Assembly (NCBI GenBank): GCA_965656495.1
Contig: CBFHKU010000002.1
Span: 128,001-192,000 of the forward strand
DNA: 64,000 nucleotides
Direction of reading: 5' to 3'
From: Coraliomargaritaceae bacterium
GTDB taxonomy: Bacteria; Verrucomicrobiota; Verrucomicrobiia; Opitutales; Coraliomargaritaceae
Part shown: piece after piece, positions 37,670-46,640 of the stretch
Layout: every line of letters begins with the position of its first letter
How positions within the stretch are numbered: the stretch's first letter is position 1
Made by a program: the position numbers and the translations under genes
Notes under the pieces: generated by a model
The model's database searches: none
What the model was told of the DNA's origin: nothing
The model's input: only the letters and a program-made list of their open reading frames with translations

Positions 37670-39114
37670 CCTTTTTTCTTCGTTTTCTTTTTCTTAGATT
37701 TAGCCGCTTTTTCGGGATCGAACAACGACTGCTCCGTTGCGATCGGATCAGAATCATTAAGTTCTGCTAAGCGTTGTTTAAGTTGCTGCTTCAAGGCCTC
37801 GGCAATCGCATGATATTCGGGATTGTCGATCTCATTATGCAGTTCGTATGGATCTCTCGTTAGATCATACAGTTCATATTCAGGCCGCTGGTGTAATTTC
37901 TGAACCAAATGTTGCTCCTGGTCAGTCTTGTCAGCCAATGCGACCCACGACGCTGCCAGATCGATTGTTGATGGCGATTGTCCCTTCAACAACTGCAAGG
38001 CATTGCTTAATGTGACGTTGGAAGTTTGCTGAGTATAATTCGGATTATAGATCAGTGAAAATTCCTTATTGCGGATGACGCGAATGGGATAGATGCGATC
38101 ACGGTTGTCACTAATATTACAATTGGTAAAGGCTCCATATAGATAATCATGAATCACTGCACTCTCGCCTTTCAATAAGCCAAGAATGCTCTTCCCGTCG
38201 AAATCATCCGCAACCGAAGTGCCGCCAGCAACATCCACCAAAGTTGGAGCTATATCCTGAATCGATACCAACTCATCCACAACTGTCCCCGGCTTCGTAA
38301 CTCCAGACCAATGAGCAACCAGTCCGGTGCCTAGGCCTTGGTCATAACAGGTCCATTTTGCGAAGGGAAGCTGTGTGCCTTGCTCACTGCAGACGATGAA
38401 TAAAGTATTCTCCCACACTCTACGTGCTTCGAGCTCCGCACGAACACGGCCAACCAATGAATCAAAGTTGCTGATTTCTGCATAATAAGCGACCATCGTC
38501 GCACGTAACTCAGGCGTATCCACCCAATAAAGAGGAACAGTTAATTCTGCGGCATTGTATATCGACGGGTCACCCGTGGTAAAGGGTGCGTGGGAATCGT
38601 TCGATGCAATAAATAGGCAAAACGGCTTTCCCTCTTCTGCGCAGGAATCCATGAACTCACGACTCTTCGCCAAATACACATCGTTCTGATCTTCCCGCTT
38701 ATTCCCGCCTTTAATATATTCAAAAGGGTAACACTCTTGAGGACCGATGTGCCCCTTCCCAAGCAGCGCAACCCGATAGCCAAGCGCTTTCAAATAATGT
38801 GGGACACTCTTCGTCCCCTCCTTGGACTTAGAGTGATTGGCCAAGGTGCCAGTCCGCCAAGGCGTGCGGCCACTGTAGAGTTCTTGCCTGAAAGGTGCAC
38901 ACATGGCGACTGAACAATAGGCGCGGTCAAACTTTACCCCTTCCGCCGCCAAGGTATCAATATTGGGTGTCTTGCAGTCGAGGCCTCCATATGCGCCCCA
39001 GGTGTCACGGCTCATATCATCGGCCAAGAGAAAGACGATATTCGGTTTTTCGATAGCGTGAGCGGTGAGCGCGCCGAAGCACAGCACACAGATAACTCTA
39101 ATAACACGCTCCAT
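37666..39114 (-). CDS. S1 sulfatase (N-sulfoglucosamine sulfohydrolase-like) with Lys-rich tail
   Basis: PNIVFLLADD; CAPFRQELYSG; SEQG..LPFAKWTCYD; C-terminus KSKKKKTKKKG; ATGA overlap with the next gene. Confidence 0.92.
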   Translation of the reverse strand: MERVIRVICVLCFGALTAHAIEKPNIVFLLADDMSRDTWGAYGGLDCKTPNIDTLAAEGVKFDRAYCSVAMCAPFRQELYSGRTPWRTGTLANHSKSKEGTKSVPHYLKALGYRVALLGKGHIGPQECYPFEYIKGGNKREDQNDVYLAKSREFMDSCAEEGKPFCLFIASNDSHAPFTTGDPSIYNAAELTVPLYWVDTPELRATMVAYYAEISNFDSLVGRVRAELEARRVWENTLFIVCSEQGTQLPFAKWTCYDQGLGTGLVAHWSGVTKPGTVVDELVSIQDIAPTLVDVAGGTSVADDFDGKSILGLLKGESAVIHDYLYGAFTNCNISDNRDRIYPIRVIRNKEFSLIYNPNYTQQTSNVTLSNALQLLKGQSPSTIDLAASWVALADKTDQEQHLVQKLHQRPEYELYDLTRDPYELHNEIDNPEYHAIAEALKQQLKQRLAELNDSDPIATEQSLFDPEKAAKSKKKKTKKKG

Positions 39115-39166
39115 ATTAAATTCTTATTAGGACTTCGGATCGGATGACTTTCAACAGACAACAGCC

Positions 39167-40555
39167 TTAACTGTTCTTTGCCTTTTTCTTTTGTTTCTTT
39201 TTGGAGCCTTTACCTGCTTTTGCTTCCAGGCCTTCAACAGTGGCCATGTCATCAATGACAGCCTTCAGTTGAGTGAATACCCTATTTTCAGCCTCAGAGA
39301 CATCCTTCAAGTTGACCGTTTGGCTCGAAAAGTACCCCTCAAATGCCTGGTAGCGGTATTGCTCAGATTTCGAGTCGTATAAGACGCCATACTCTTTAGT
39401 GCGCACCCAAGTTTTTCCTTTATACCAGATGTAGATGTTGTCCTTAACACGCTCACCTGTCCCGCTGAGCGCAGGCCACAAGCTGACACCGTCCTGCGGA
39501 TAATTTTCGGGCAACGGTGCTCCAGTAAGCTCACACAGCGTCGGCATGATATCTGAAAACTCCACCAACTCCTCCGTATCAACCTTAGGTGAGATCATTC
39601 CCGGCCAATTGACCACCAGCGGCACACGTGTCCCGGTGCCCTCCACTTTTCCTTTTCCACCGACAACTTCCCGTCCTGACCAATTGGTAATGATCGGTTT
39701 ATCCGTCCCGTTATCTCCGGTGAAAATGATCAGCGTATTGTCGCGAAGGCCAAGCGCCTCAAGCTTTGCAACTATCTTCCCAACGATCTTATCGCTGTAT
39801 TGCACCATATCTTTGAAATGCCCCTTCAGATCCTCATATTTCCCCTCACCTTTATATTTCGGAGAACCCGGAGACTTCGGATCCCAGGTCGGGGAATCCG
39901 GCGTGGCATCAAAGGGACAATGCGTCAGGATCATCGGATAATAGACCAAAAAGGGCTGATCTTTGTTCGTTTCAATAAAATCGCAGATGAAGTCCGCACA
40001 GACGTCCGGCCCGTATTCACCGTTGGTGTAATCCACTTCGACACCATTGATTTCCAGGCACGGATTCGGAAAGCGCGAATCAAACTTTGTGCCTGCTTTC
40101 ATTCTTGGCCGTGTATGCTGCCACATGCAGGCTTCATCGAAGCCAAAATGCTTCGGTGAATCGACCTCATCACCCAATTGCCATTTACCTGCGATGACCG
40201 TCGCATAGCCGACCTGCTTCAATTGGTGCGCAAACGTTTTCTGAGAACGATCCAGCACGCCAAACTTCACATAATTCCGCTTATTGTATTGCCCGGTCAT
40301 TATTTTGACACGCGAAGGCGTACACAAAGGATTCGCAAAACAGTGCTCAAAACGAACCCCCTCAGCCGCGAGCTTATCAATCACGGGGGTCTGGTAATCT
40401 TCACTACCATTGGCACTGATACATTCATAGCCCAGATCATCGGCCATGATCAGCACAATGTTCGGCTGATCGCCCGGATTCCGCCCAAACAAATCAGCGC
40501 TGGCGATGAAGACTGCGCAAAGCAATCCAAGCATTTTTAAAATATACTGAATCAT
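39167..40555 (-). CDS. S1 sulfatase with Lys-rich tail
   Basis: PNIVLIMADDLGYE; CTPSRVKIMTG; GKWQLG; YYPMILTH.PF; GDNGT; C-terminus SKKKQKKKAKNS. Confidence 0.92.
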   Translation of the reverse strand: MIQYILKMLGLLCAVFIASADLFGRNPGDQPNIVLIMADDLGYECISANGSEDYQTPVIDKLAAEGVRFEHCFANPLCTPSRVKIMTGQYNKRNYVKFGVLDRSQKTFAHQLKQVGYATVIAGKWQLGDEVDSPKHFGFDEACMWQHTRPRMKAGTKFDSRFPNPCLEINGVEVDYTNGEYGPDVCADFICDFIETNKDQPFLVYYPMILTHCPFDATPDSPTWDPKSPGSPKYKGEGKYEDLKGHFKDMVQYSDKIVGKIVAKLEALGLRDNTLIIFTGDNGTDKPIITNWSGREVVGGKGKVEGTGTRVPLVVNWPGMISPKVDTEELVEFSDIMPTLCELTGAPLPENYPQDGVSLWPALSGTGERVKDNIYIWYKGKTWVRTKEYGVLYDSKSEQYRYQAFEGYFSSQTVNLKDVSEAENRVFTQLKAVIDDMATVEGLEAKAGKGSKKKQKKKAKNS

Positions 40556-40614
40556 TACTATCGTTTCTTAGTGTTCACATTAAAGGGCAGCGCATTGATT
40601 TTTGCTTTTTTAAA

Positions 40615-40923
40615 CTAAACGACAACACGCAGCACTTAAGCCCATGGTTCCAAACTTCTTCCAATAGACATCTCTATTTCGTGCCTCTCAAGTGGCGTCG
40701 CACGCATTACCTGCAAGCGGCACACGCTGGAAGTAGACACCAAACCGGATGCCTGCATACCCTCGGGATCAACGGCAGCCTCTGTTTTGAGGTTCGAAGA
40801 TATGAAGATTTGGTGCTTTAACTTCTTGGAATCAGAGAAGCCTAAGGTCACTGGGCCCTCAACCTGAGCGAGCACTGCGATCGGCGATGCCGCGATGACA
40901 ATAGTAGCAGTGGTCCTCTTCAT
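40615..40923 (-). pseudogene. Probable decayed PEP-CTERM gene (95-aa ORF plus eroded tail)
   Basis: Signal peptide MKRTTATIVIAASPIAVLA; ORF ends LEPWA*, then gtg ctg cgt gt tgt cgt (VLRRRR-like); sits directly behind a regulon promoter. Confidence 0.4.
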
Positions 40924-40998
40924 ATCTTAGAATTAGGGTCCTTATTTGGCAGGTGCCAATATAGCCATGGTAATGAACTTATATAATTGTACCTCAAA

Positions 40999-41063
40999 AT
41001 CGTAGAGTAATATGGCGCGAATTGCTTGGTATTTTACGCCAAAACAGTGACGCTTTCCGACAA
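40999..41063 (-). promoter_or_regulatory. Regulon promoter copy 7
   Basis: Minus strand TTGTCGGAAAGCGTCACTGTTTTGGCGTAAAATACCAAG-N20-TACGAT. Confidence 0.8.
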
Positions 41064-41155
41064 TCAAATATAAAACCTCTAAAAAGGTGCCAAGGACAGC
41101 AAAGCCAGTCAGGCACAGGTAAAATACCCGAGATAAATGAGAATGCCTGAGCTGC

Positions 41156-41995
41156 CTACTTATGGCTCTCTCGATATTGAGAGGGAGACATGCCGTGCTT
41201 TTTTTTGAAAATCCGGTAGAAATGGCTCAGGTCTCCGAAACCGACCTCAAACGCGATATCGGTCACATGGATCTGTGCATCCTTCAACAAAGCCTCCACC
41301 TTTTTCAGACGATACTCGGCAATCAGCTGAACCGGGGTCAAATCGATCAGGGCCTTGATTTTGCGCTGCATGGAGCGCTGGCTCATGTTGAGCCCGGAAG
41401 CGAGTCCATCGATAGTGAACTCTGGATTTGTATGTTCCTCCCTTAGAATATTGCAAAGGCGTTCCCAAAACTCGCGATCCGATTGGCTCTGCAGTTCAGA
41501 GACATCCAACATCGACGCCGCCGCACCTTCATCGTCCGGCTGCGTAAGCTGGCGCTGATAACTCGCGCGCAGGAGGCGACGCGTCCGCAGCAAGTTGCTG
41601 ATACGCGCCCGTAGTAACTGCATGTTGAACGGTTTGGTGATATAATCATCAACGCCCGTCTCAAAGCCAGCCATCTGGCTCTCAACCGCAGTCTTAGCCG
41701 TTAACATCACCACTGGGATATGTGCGGTTTCCTCCTTGGCCTTCAACTGCTGGCAGAGTTCGATTCCGTCCATCACTGGCATCATGACATCAGTCACCAC
41801 GAGATCGGGTATGGTCTCCAAGGCAATCGCCAAACCCTCCTTACCATTCCTCGCCTCTACAACCTGAAAATCTTCCTGAAGATCCGAGGAGATCAGGAGA
41901 CGATAGTCCGCCTCATCTTCAACAACCAGAATGACTGGAAGCCCTTCGGCATTGTCCACCGAACTATGGGTTTCATCGTCTAGTTTACTCAACAT
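41156..41995 (-). CDS. Response regulator, REC plus AraC-type HTH (C-terminal half of a hybrid two-component system)
   Basis: ILVVED; PDLVVTDVMMPVMDG; HIPVVMLTAK; DDYITKPF; AraC signature IAFEVGFGDLSHFYRIFKKKHGMSPSQYR. Confidence 0.93.
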   Translation of the reverse strand: MLSKLDDETHSSVDNAEGLPVILVVEDEADYRLLISSDLQEDFQVVEARNGKEGLAIALETIPDLVVTDVMMPVMDGIELCQQLKAKEETAHIPVVMLTAKTAVESQMAGFETGVDDYITKPFNMQLLRARISNLLRTRRLLRASYQRQLTQPDDEGAAASMLDVSELQSQSDREFWERLCNILREEHTNPEFTIDGLASGLNMSQRSMQRKIKALIDLTPVQLIAEYRLKKVEALLKDAQIHVTDIAFEVGFGDLSHFYRIFKKKHGMSPSQYRESHK

Positions 41996-44900
41996 CTTCA
42001 GCTTGATTCGATATATAGGAACGTTCTATCGGCAATAATAATGTAAATCGGGTTCCAGGGCTATTCGGGTTTAAATGAATCGGGCTTTCTGCATGGATTT
42101 CACCACCCCACAAATCCACCAATTCCTTAGTCAGATTTAGACCGATTCCCGAACCATTGACAATCGATTTTTCCGGAATTCGGTAGAACCGTTCAAAAAT
42201 CCGCGGCAGATACTCAGGGTCCACCCCAGAACCCGTATCTTCAACCACGAAAGAAAGCATACGCCCACGCTCCGCATCTTCTACCTGACTCAGTTTCACC
42301 ACAACATTTCCACCCGCAGGCGTGTATTTAAGCGCGTTACCCACCAAATTCGTGACAATCTTCGTCAGTTTATCTGAATCATACCAACCCAAACAAGCGT
42401 TCTCGCATTCAAACTGGTAAGAAACACCATTCCTTTTGGCAAGGGGTTGCAGGAATTCGATATTCTCTTGCACATGCTGAGCTACATTCCCCTCCACTAG
42501 CTCAATCTTTATTTGCTCCGCTTCGAGTTTACGGAAATCCAGAATCTGCGAGACCAATTTTTCGATCCGTCCGGCGTTGCGCATCGCCATGTCCAGCAAT
42601 ATTTCCTTACGCGCATCAGTCTCGTTTCTGAGCAGACGCTCTAACGGCTCTTTTATCAAGCCAACCGGCGTATTCAATTCGTGCGAAATATTGGCAAAGA
42701 AACTGGTTTTCATCTGGTCAATTTCCTCCAAATGTATGGCACGATCCCTCAAGCGCTTACTGCGGAAATAGAATAACATCCAAATGAACGATACCGTTCC
42801 ACCGCCAATCAAGAGCACCATTGCGATAAACCAGGTGCGTTGCCACACCGCCGGCTCCACAACAAACCTACTCGTCGCCGGACTTGGGTCGATGTTGAAA
42901 TCCCGGTCCCGAGCACGTACTTCCAAAGTATACTCCCCTCGCTTGAGGCCCACAAATGAATAGTCATATTCACTTGAGAACAATGACCATTCTCCACCAT
43001 TCAGCCGCCATGAATACTGTAACTGCTCCGACGGAGTATTGAGCCAAGCGTCTTTTCCTGCCCACGAAACATGGATATTTCCAGCAGAATCAATCCGGCC
43101 AAAATTGTGAGCCATGTAGGTATTGGGTGCCAGTTTGTCCGGCTCGTAACGAACCGTCCGGAATGGATCCTTACCACTCAAATTCACCATCATCCGCAGC
43201 GATGGCACATCCTTGTCGTTAAAATTAAACCATAGGGTGCCATCCCTCGATTCGCGCATATTCCCGCCTCGGCTCGACATACCAAAGTCGTCCGAAAACA
43301 CCGCTGCCGCCCAGCTCCTGCCATCAAAACGGCTGATCCCACCATCCGACGCAGCCAGTAGGGTTCCATCCTGCAATGGCAACAAATCCACCACCAACCT
43401 GCCTGCCAAACCTTCCTCGGCGGAAAAATGCTGCCAGCCATCCTGGCCTTTGCGATAAGCCCCGGACAAGCCATTAGCAGCCCATAAGTTTTGAGCGCCA
43501 TCCACCACCAGATCATGGGTAAACATACCAGGTAGTTCCGAGACAATCTGGATGTCCCCAGTCTCGATATCAAACGAATGGATCGTTGGTGATCCGATCC
43601 ACATGCGTCCGTCCTCCGTTTGCGCAAACCGGTGAATGAAGTAAGGAAACTTTGGCGGCGAATGTCGCTGCAAAAGTCGAACCGTACCGTTTTCCAGCAC
43701 TTCATATTGAATGGCACCGCCGGCCTGCGGAACATTTAGTTCTTCGCCCATAGCTCCCATCCAAACGCTTCCATCCTTTGCTTCAAATTCAGCTCCAGCC
43801 CATATGTTCCTCGCGAAATCAGGTAATTCATGTAAAGTCCACTTCGATCCATCGTAGACACTGAAAGCTGCGTGTAGTTTATGATTCCCCACTGCCCAAA
43901 TCAATCCATGCCCCGATACATGGAGTGAACGTGGAACCGAGATCAATCCATCCTTCAACCCATATTCGAGCCAGCGATTGGACACGGGCTCATATGACAC
44001 TACTTTATTGCGCCTTGTTAGATACCATTGCGTGCCGTCATCCGTTTCACATTGAAAATGCAGGCCCTCGTAGGTCAGCCACTGATCCATGCCCACATCC
44101 AGCGTGTGCACATTCCCCCCACGCTCAAGCACCCACCACCGACCACTCGCAGCTTCAAAAATTGACAGATAAATACTTGGAAGCCCAAGTTGAGTTGCAG
44201 AATAAATCGTATCGTCTGAACGGTGCAGCGCCTTGAGCGTACCTGCTCCCGCCGCCCAGATCCCCCCGTCACTGGCCCTCATCACAAAATCAAACCCGCG
44301 CTCGGACTCATGTTTCATTTCCCAGGAACCCGTGGAGGGATCGAATTGGAGTGCCCCGTTCAGTCTTCTATCCACACACCAGATCTTCCCGGTTAAATCC
44401 GCGCAAATACGCAGATCGCGGGTAACCTTCTCCATATCCATTCGATACTCAATCCACCCCTGCTTCTTGGTCGCCCGGCCGTCTCTTACTGGAATGTGAA
44501 TCAAATCAAGATGCTGCAAAGGCTCCGACCGAGCCACCCAAACATCACCACCCGGAGTATGGCAAAAAGAAGTGAGATCTTGCGACTCAGTTGTACGAAG
44601 CACGGCCTTTTTCTCCGTCAAATCCTCACTGAACCACCAAAGGGCATCCGGCATTAAAAGCCAAATCGTATTATCCTCAGCCTGCACTAGCTGGCTGTTG
44701 AAAGTGGAATGCCCCACATCCCGATGAATAACCTCCCAGGCTCCATCCTTACGTAGCACCAAGCCATTCTCCACCACTGCAAGGACTCCGCCGTTCCGGA
44801 GACACAGCACGTTTTTTCCCCATGGAGTTCGGTTGGGGTCATGTTTGATTCTCGACAACAATTCATCATCAAAAGGAATACGCTTGATCTGAAGTCCATC

Positions 44901-45119
44901 ATAGCGCACCAAGCCGCCAATACAACCAAACCACATCGCGCCATCCTTTGCCTCATCCATAGAAAGGATGTCCAACTCGCCGAGCTCTTCCATCTCCCTC
45001 CACCGCCAAGGCTCCAGCACTGGATCCGCTAGCTTTGGCTGGTATGGCTTCACCGCCTCGCAAAAGAAAGGCAGCAGAAACGTAAGCCACAACAAACTAT
45101 ATTTGATCCAAAGTAGCAT
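41985..45119 (-). CDS. Sensor histidine kinase with periplasmic beta-propeller and Y_Y_Y domains (N-terminal half of a hybrid two-component system)
   Basis: Signal peptide; propeller repeats (DG.MWFG..GL.RYDG, ..EGL); YSWRLNGG.W...GEYTLEVRARD; PAVWQRTWF then a TM helix; FFANISHELNTP; NLVGNALKYTP; VEDTGSG; GSGIGL. Confidence 0.93.
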   Translation of the reverse strand: MLLWIKYSLLWLTFLLPFFCEAVKPYQPKLADPVLEPWRWREMEELGELDILSMDEAKDGAMWFGCIGGLVRYDGLQIKRIPFDDELLSRIKHDPNRTPWGKNVLCLRNGGVLAVVENGLVLRKDGAWEVIHRDVGHSTFNSQLVQAEDNTIWLLMPDALWWFSEDLTEKKAVLRTTESQDLTSFCHTPGGDVWVARSEPLQHLDLIHIPVRDGRATKKQGWIEYRMDMEKVTRDLRICADLTGKIWCVDRRLNGALQFDPSTGSWEMKHESERGFDFVMRASDGGIWAAGAGTLKALHRSDDTIYSATQLGLPSIYLSIFEAASGRWWVLERGGNVHTLDVGMDQWLTYEGLHFQCETDDGTQWYLTRRNKVVSYEPVSNRWLEYGLKDGLISVPRSLHVSGHGLIWAVGNHKLHAAFSVYDGSKWTLHELPDFARNIWAGAEFEAKDGSVWMGAMGEELNVPQAGGAIQYEVLENGTVRLLQRHSPPKFPYFIHRFAQTEDGRMWIGSPTIHSFDIETGDIQIVSELPGMFTHDLVVDGAQNLWAANGLSGAYRKGQDGWQHFSAEEGLAGRLVVDLLPLQDGTLLAASDGGISRFDGRSWAAAVFSDDFGMSSRGGNMRESRDGTLWFNFNDKDVPSLRMMVNLSGKDPFRTVRYEPDKLAPNTYMAHNFGRIDSAGNIHVSWAGKDAWLNTPSEQLQYSWRLNGGEWSLFSSEYDYSFVGLKRGEYTLEVRARDRDFNIDPSPATSRFVVEPAVWQRTWFIAMVLLIGGGTVSFIWMLFYFRSKRLRDRAIHLEEIDQMKTSFFANISHELNTPVGLIKEPLERLLRNETDARKEILLDMAMRNAGRIEKLVSQILDFRKLEAEQIKIELVEGNVAQHVQENIEFLQPLAKRNGVSYQFECENACLGWYDSDKLTKIVTNLVGNALKYTPAGGNVVVKLSQVEDAERGRMLSFVVEDTGSGVDPEYLPRIFERFYRIPEKSIVNGSGIGLNLTKELVDLWGGEIHAESPIHLNPNSPGTRFTLLLPIERSYISNQAEDVE

Positions 45120-45250
45120 ATTTTTTATGAGATAGCAGGATAGTTGCTGGACTTCCAGCTTCTATCTCACCGATTTCCCACCAAGCGACCCTGCCGTCTA
45201 CCCGCTCATGCAATTTTCCGGCAGGAGGAGGCATCCTCTCTGCTAAAGCT

Positions 45251-46636
45251 TCATTCAGCGGACTTCTTCTTTTTCTTTTTATTCTTTTTCTTATCTTTGG
45301 AAGAAGGATCCACATCACCCTGCTTTGCCTTCCAATATTTGGAGCCACTGGCCGGCTCCCCCATCTGCGCAAACCATGCTTGGTAAAGCTTTTCCATTTC
45401 GTGGAACTTTTCCGGGTGAGAATCCTTTAGGTTATTTTGCTCACCAATGTCATTAGCGAGATTATAAAGACCCACTTCTCCGCGATCAAAAAGGTATTTC
45501 CAATCGCCCTGCCGCACAGCCCACTTGCCGTCGCTTCCAGAGCACCAGTAGAGGGCATCATGGATACGATCCGCCTTACCGGTCAGTGCAGGCATTATAT
45601 TTTTGCCATCCAGTGGTTTCGAGCCCGGCAGCGCCGAAATACCGGCAAGCGCCATTGATGTCGGCAGAATATCCGTCGACCAAACAGGAACCGTGCATTT
45701 GGAGCCAGCTTGGACCTTACCGGGCCACGATACAATAAATGGCACGCGGGTGCCACCTTCATAGATGTCCTGTTTCATACCGCGCAGCGGCGCATTGTTT
45801 GCCTTCACGGCATTCGCTCCGCCATTGTCACTGAGATAGAAAATAATCGTGTTATCATAAACTCCTGCATCCTTGAGCGCTTGAACAATTTCACCAACGC
45901 CAAGGTCGAGGTGGTACAGCATCGCCAGCATCGTATCACGTGTTTCATCACCCGTATTATAACGCTTCACATCCTCTTCCGGTGCTTGCACAGGCGTATG
46001 AACTGCGTTGTAAGCCACATAGGCAAAAAACGGCCCATCCTTTTCGCGTTTGATAAAATCGACCGCCTCCCGAGTGATGAGCGTGGTCATATAACCTTTT
46101 TCATTCCGGAGGATCTCTTTGTTCCGGAAGACCGGACCGCCGAATTTAAGACTCGAGTCGGGGCTATGATCCCAGTAGTCATGCGCGCCGCGCCCCATGA
46201 AGCCGTAAAAATAATCAAAGCCTCGGTTGTTTGGATGGTAGTCCATACTGACACCAAGGTGCCACTTGCCAAACGCACCGGAAGTGTAACCGGCCGGTTT
46301 CAGATGCATTGGCATCCAGATTTCATCCAGTGGCATCCCTGTGCCGCCCTGTCCGGCGGTGTAAATGCCAAACCTCTGCTGATAACGACCGGTCATCAAA
46401 CCAGCACGGGTTGGCGAACAGACATAACCGGAGGCATATCCGTCGGTGCAGATCACGCCCGACTTCGCCAACTTATCGATATTCGGTGTACGGACTTCCG
46501 ACGGGCTATGCGGGTTATAACTGACGTCGGCATAGCCTTGGTCGTCTGAAAGAATGACCACAATATTGGGCCGGGAATTCGCCGCTGCGAATTTGGATAA
46601 CACGAGGCAAAAGATAAGGGTATATAAAACTTTCAT
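45251..46636 (-). CDS. S1 sulfatase with Lys-rich tail
   Basis: PNIVVILSDDQGYAD; CSPTRAGLMTGRYQQRFG; GKWHLG; AYNAVHTP; C-terminus KDKKKNKKKKKKSAE; ATG 46636. Confidence 0.92.
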   Translation of the reverse strand: MKVLYTLIFCLVLSKFAAANSRPNIVVILSDDQGYADVSYNPHSPSEVRTPNIDKLAKSGVICTDGYASGYVCSPTRAGLMTGRYQQRFGIYTAGQGGTGMPLDEIWMPMHLKPAGYTSGAFGKWHLGVSMDYHPNNRGFDYFYGFMGRGAHDYWDHSPDSSLKFGGPVFRNKEILRNEKGYMTTLITREAVDFIKREKDGPFFAYVAYNAVHTPVQAPEEDVKRYNTGDETRDTMLAMLYHLDLGVGEIVQALKDAGVYDNTIIFYLSDNGGANAVKANNAPLRGMKQDIYEGGTRVPFIVSWPGKVQAGSKCTVPVWSTDILPTSMALAGISALPGSKPLDGKNIMPALTGKADRIHDALYWCSGSDGKWAVRQGDWKYLFDRGEVGLYNLANDIGEQNNLKDSHPEKFHEMEKLYQAWFAQMGEPASGSKYWKAKQGDVDPSSKDKKKNKKKKKKSAE

Positions 46637-46640
46637 ACGC

